DNA of 64,000 nucleotides from Ascoidea asiatica JCM 7603 (Eukaryota > Fungi > Ascomycota). Each line of letters starts with the position of its first letter. Position 1 is the stretch's first letter. Below the pieces are notes generated by a model, which was not told where the DNA came from, searched no databases, and was given only the letters and a program-made list of their open reading frames with translations. A program made the translations under genes and the position numbers. The stretch spans positions 845,931 to 909,930 of the forward strand of contig BCKQ01000004.1 of assembly GCA_001600695.1 (NCBI GenBank). Direction: 5' to 3'. Shown in pieces: positions 59,601-64,000 of this stretch.

Positions 59601-62600
59601 ATGGATCCATCTCCTTCAAAATGGAGATTATCTCAAAGATTTAATTCTCCTTCTCATAATAATATAAATAATAATATCTTAAATAATGTAAATGATAGAG
59701 ACAAATCTCCATTATCTATAAATTCTTTAAATTCTTTAAATTCCTCAAACTCTTCAAGTTCTTTAGATTCTAATATAAATTCAAATTTAAATTTAAATTC
59801 AAATTTAAATTCAAATTCAAATTCTCAAAATTCTTCTTTAAATAAAAAATATTTTAAAAAATTTAATAAAAAAATTCATTCAAATAATTATAATAATTCA
59901 AAAAATATAATAAATTCATTAGATTTTTCAAATTTAAAAGAAACTAAAATTCAAATATCTTCAAATAATAAAAATAATTTAATTAATAATAATCCAATTA
60001 ACAATAATAACAATTTAAATTATTCAAAAGTTAAATATTTAAGAAATAAAAAAAGATCTTCTTATTATCATAATAATAATAACTTATTAAGTTCAGATAC
60101 TTTAAATACTTCAAATATATCAATAAATTCAATAAATTCAAATAATTCTTCAAATTCAATCAATTCAAATAATGAAAATATAAAAATTTTAAAAAATTTA
60201 AAAATTTGTAATTTTTGTAATGAAGATTTAGATATAACTTTTAATATTGAAAAAATCATAAATTTAAATTGTGGTCATTCAACTCATGAAAATTGTTTAA
60301 AAACTTGTATTGAAGATAATAAAATTTTAAATATAATTAATAATAATACAACTACAAATAATAATATAAACAATAATATTAATTTAATTTTTCCAATTTG
60401 TTCAATTTGTCAAAAAACTGCAATTCCAAAATTAAATTATTATTTAGATCATTTTATAACTTTATATCTTTTATTTGAACCAAATTCAAATTCTATTCAA
60501 TATCAATCTCAATTACAACTTCAATCTCAATCTCAACAACTTTCTAATCAAGTTTCTAAATCTCCAATTTCTAATATATCTACAAAAATTAATGATAACA
60601 AATCAATTAATACTCATAATTCCAATAACTCTAGAAATTCTATTCAATCTTTACAATCTTTACAATCTTTTCAATCTATACCTTCAATAAAATCAAATGT
60701 TTCTATTTCAAATAATTCAATAAATAATAATAGATTTAGTATAAATAGTAAATTAAGTCAAAGTAGTTTCAAATCAAATAGAACTAATAATTCAATAAGA
60801 AATAATTCAATTAAATTTAATCATCATGATAATAAATCTTCAAGAGGTTCTTCAATTTCTGCAATTTCTTCTATAGTTTCTTCTGTTTCTAGAAATTCAA
60901 CTCCTCCACAATCTCCATTAAATTCTAATTTTAATTCAAATTTAATTAATTTATCAATCAATAAAATTCAATCTATTTTCTTAAATTATCTTTTAAATCA
61001 ATTAAATTTAAATTTCTCAAAAAGATTAAATTTATTATCAATTTTAGAATTTAAAAATTTTGGTAATTTAAGATTAGTTGATAAATTACAAATTTCTTTA
61101 AATTCTTCTGATAATTATAATTTAAAATTACTATATCTATTCAAAAAAATTTTAATAATTATTGATTTAAATTTTAAAAATTATAAAATTTTACCTTTAA
61201 ATAATTCTTCTGATTTTAATAATAATAATGAATTAAATTTAAATTCAATTATTGATGAAAATGGTAAAATTAATAAAAATTTAAATTCAAATAATAATAA
61301 TAATAATGATAATAGTAGTAATGATGATTTTTTTGATCCAAGTTCACATCATTTCAATTCAAATTCTTTTTCAAGTTTAAAAATTGAAACTCCAACTTCA
61401 AAAACTTTAAAATGGGATATAAATTATAAAGATATAAATTTTATATATATTTCTCATCATGATATTAAAAATGTACTTGAAAAATGGGGTGTTGCATTAT
61501 GTGATTCTGATTTTATTTTTCCAAATAAAATTTTTTCAACAACTTTAACTTTACCATCTCATTATTTTAATTCTTCTGAACCTTCTCCTTCTTCACTTTC
61601 ATTTCCAGTTATTAATGATTTTGATTATGATGATTTAGAAAAATCAATTGAAAAAATTAAAATCAATGATGAAGATAAAAATAAAAATAAAAATAATAAT
61701 AATACTAATAATAATAAAAATAAAAATCTGGATAAAAGTGATGAATCTAATAATGTTTCAATTTCAATTTTAAATTCAAATTTTAATTCCCCAGATTCTT
61801 CAATAAATTCAAATGAAGTTATTGAAAATGCTTCTCCAAAAGCTTCTTTATCTGGAAATAAAAAACAGGAAGATATAAATGAATTTCAAAATAAAAGTGA
61901 AATTATCGACATTACTATAAATAAAAGTCCAAAATATTTATTATTTATATTCAATACTGAAAATAATTTAGAAATAGAAACTCAATCATTATTAATAAAT
62001 ATGATTAGAGCACTTTCAATGAAAATGAAAAATATTTACATAATTGGTACAAAAAATAATTTCAATGAAATTCATTTAAAAGGTTTTTTGAATCAAAATT
62101 TAAATTTAAATGAATTGGGACAAATAAATGAAACAAAATTTATCGATTCTGATTTTAATTTAATAATCAATGAAGAAATTTCACCAAATATTGAAAATTT
62201 AGAATCTGAATTTGCAGCAATTTTTTTATCATCAGATCATATTTCAAATTCACCCAAAATAAATTTAATTAAAAATCAATTATTTTTAGAAATCACAAAT
62301 TTTCAAGATTCTTCTGATTCTTTCAAAAGAAATTCATTTATAACAAAAAATTTGAGTATTGTTCCATCTTGGGATAGTCTTATGGAAACAATTTGTAATA
62401 AATTTAATATTTCATTTGATGATGACTATGATTCAGATTCAGATTCAGATTCAGAAAGTGATAGTGAAACTAATAGTGATAGTGATGATAACTCAAATTC
62501 TATTAATTGTATCTCAGATAATGATAATAAATCAAATTTAATTACTGATGAAAATTGCCAATCTCAATTAGCCTTAAATTCTAATTTTCTTTCAATTTCT

Positions 62601-62912
62601 TCTTCAAATTCAATACTGAATTCAGAGAAACATTTAAGCGTGAATTCAAGTATGAAATCCGATTCATATGAAGAAATTTCGCCAGTTTCTGAAAGAAATA
62701 GTATTATATCTATAAGAAAACTTGGAATTATTGATGATCATGATAAATTTCAAAATAATAAAGATAATTTCATTGATTTCAGTGATACTAATTCTCTTAA
62801 GGTGAATCATGAAATATCTATTGATACTAATAAAGATATAATAAATGATGGATCGGAAATGAATAGCTTATTCAATGCAATTGATGTTGTTTTAAATGAT
62901 TTACAAAACTAG
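59601..62912 (+). CDS. STE5: Ste5/Far1-family mating pathway scaffold (RING-H2, PH-like, vWA-like)
   Basis: C..C.E.L...L.CGH..H..C...P.C..C RING-H2, G.LRLVD.L and LYLF...LII PH-like region, EKW..AL.D. STE5 is preferred over FAR1 because GIS1, MSH6, BMH2 and STE5 are neighbours in S. cerevisiae. Confidence 0.72.
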   Translation: MDPSPSKWRLSQRFNSPSHNNINNNILNNVNDRDKSPLSINSLNSLNSSNSSSSLDSNINSNLNLNSNLNSNSNSQNSSLNKKYFKKFNKKIHSNNYNNSKNIINSLDFSNLKETKIQISSNNKNNLINNNPINNNNNLNYSKVKYLRNKKRSSYYHNNNNLLSSDTLNTSNISINSINSNNSSNSINSNNENIKILKNLKICNFCNEDLDITFNIEKIINLNCGHSTHENCLKTCIEDNKILNIINNNTTTNNNINNNINLIFPICSICQKTAIPKLNYYLDHFITLYLLFEPNSNSIQYQSQLQLQSQSQQLSNQVSKSPISNISTKINDNKSINTHNSNNSRNSIQSLQSLQSFQSIPSIKSNVSISNNSINNNRFSINSKLSQSSFKSNRTNNSIRNNSIKFNHHDNKSSRGSSISAISSIVSSVSRNSTPPQSPLNSNFNSNLINLSINKIQSIFLNYLLNQLNLNFSKRLNLLSILEFKNFGNLRLVDKLQISLNSSDNYNLKLLYLFKKILIIIDLNFKNYKILPLNNSSDFNNNNELNLNSIIDENGKINKNLNSNNNNNNDNSSNDDFFDPSSHHFNSNSFSSLKIETPTSKTLKWDINYKDINFIYISHHDIKNVLEKWGVALCDSDFIFPNKIFSTTLTLPSHYFNSSEPSPSSLSFPVINDFDYDDLEKSIEKIKINDEDKNKNKNNNNTNNNKNKNLDKSDESNNVSISILNSNFNSPDSSINSNEVIENASPKASLSGNKKQEDINEFQNKSEIIDITINKSPKYLLFIFNTENNLEIETQSLLINMIRALSMKMKNIYIIGTKNNFNEIHLKGFLNQNLNLNELGQINETKFIDSDFNLIINEEISPNIENLESEFAAIFLSSDHISNSPKINLIKNQLFLEITNFQDSSDSFKRNSFITKNLSIVPSWDSLMETICNKFNISFDDDYDSDSDSDSESDSETNSDSDDNSNSINCISDNDNKSNLITDENCQSQLALNSNFLSISSSNSILNSEKHLSVNSSMKSDSYEEISPVSERNSIISIRKLGIIDDHDKFQNNKDNFIDFSDTNSLKVNHEISIDTNKDIINDGSEMNSLFNAIDVVLNDLQN

Positions 62913-63277
62913 ATACCCATAATCTCAAATTTACTAGCTTTTTTAATAAGGACTTTTTTGCTTTTTAATTTAATTGTTTTTCTTTTGTTTTTTTTTATTA
63001 AAAATACTTTTGTACTCTGTTTTTTTGTTTTTACTTTTCTCATGTATTTTTTCTTCGCTTTTGTTAATTAGTTTATTCGCTTTTTTTTTTTTTTCTGTTT
63101 TGTTGTTTAATTTTTTTATTTAAGCTTTTTTTAAAGCTAGAGTGGACTCTAATAAATAAAATAATCCTTTATTATTATGTGATATATGCTAGAGTAAAAG
63201 TAGTTAAAAAAATTTAAATTTTAAAATAATATAAATTAATTTGTAAATTCAAGTGATTTTTGAATTCTCCAATTATA

Positions 63278-63400
63278 TCTCGTAAAATTATCAAGTTTAG
63301 TATTTAAGTTTGTATTGGCATGCAAGAGGAAAAACCTTAATTAACCTTAAAATTCTTATTTTTAATTTTTAATTTTTATATTTTTATATTTTGATTGCTA
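63278..63400 (+). repeat. Dispersed repeat copy 3, upstream module only
   Basis: TCTCGTAAAATTA...AGTATTTAAGTTTG...ATGCA...AACCTTAATTAACCTTAA...TTTGATTGCT shared with copies 1 and 2. Confidence 0.8.
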
Positions 63401-64000
63401 GATAATAATATTTATTCAAATCGTCTTGTTGAGGATATAAAAATGATGTTAGATATTATTATTACAATTATTATGTGACATTATTTTTAGATATGATTGG
63501 AATTTCTGTAAATCGATATAAATTAACAGTTCCATTAACTTCATATTCAAAAATTGTTTATTGAAAAAATAAAAACCAATCATATTTTTGTCACATTCAA
63601 ATCGGAATAAACATACAAGAATATTTGTACAACTGTTGAAAGTCTTTCCACTTATTTTATATGATTTATCTATCTCATCGCCATTTTCTCCCCATCAACT
63701 TCGATGTAATGCCAATTTGAATCATTCACAAACCACACACACAAAGAAAGATGCAAGAAGAAACAAACGCAAGAAGCCAGAAATGCGGTAGTCCTGGTTT
63801 ACGATTATGATTATGATTTCAATGACCCACCACCGTGGTAAATCACAAGTTGGCACGTGACTGAGATCACATGATCATTCTTGGTTTGATTTTGAAGATT
63901 GAAAATGAAATATTTGAGAAACTGGAAAGAAGACAAAGAGGACAAAGAAGACCAAGAATATTAAAAAGACAATAAAGAGAAAGACAAAGAGAAAGAGAAA

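Noticed and set aside
1-64000. CRISPR arrays, rRNA, LTR retrotransposon or transposase genes, and the remaining antisense ORFs in the track
   Set aside because: No repeat-spacer arrays or RT/integrase/DDE motifs seen; antisense ORFs are shadows of real genes.

Overview
Very AT-rich, intron-poor eukaryotic nuclear DNA with poly-Asn-rich proteins, typical of a budding yeast (Saccharomycotina). An Ascoidea-like genome is my guess from composition only. Recognisable housekeeping genes: TOP1, SNRNP27, ELG1, a GPI wall protein, PDR16, ECM2, RPC10, a 14-3-3 gene, LSM4, TYS1, RPT3, SMP3, two tandem ODC carriers, POF1, MSH6, a KDM4/Rph1-type demethylase and a Ste5/Far1 scaffold. Three introns missed by the ORF track can be read directly (14-3-3 5' UTR, LSM4, ODC). 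An accessory island at about 15.5-26.6 kb holds a ~1045-codon orphan gene split by a 19-bp duplication, a stop-disrupted PNPO-like gene, a decayed DRS2 fragment, and a divergent pair of zinc-binding regulator genes. Most notable unexplained signals: (1) a highly base-paired ~300-400 nt non-coding block at 30.59-30.99 kb behind a TATA box, a candidate unannotated structured RNA; (2) the KDM4 gene split by a -1 frameshift at an A_AAU_UUA slippery heptamer, either programmed or an assembly error; (3) a dispersed repeat carrying an orphan gene, in three copies, two of them inverted around MSH6-KDM4. All assignments are by eye; no database search or folding program was run.
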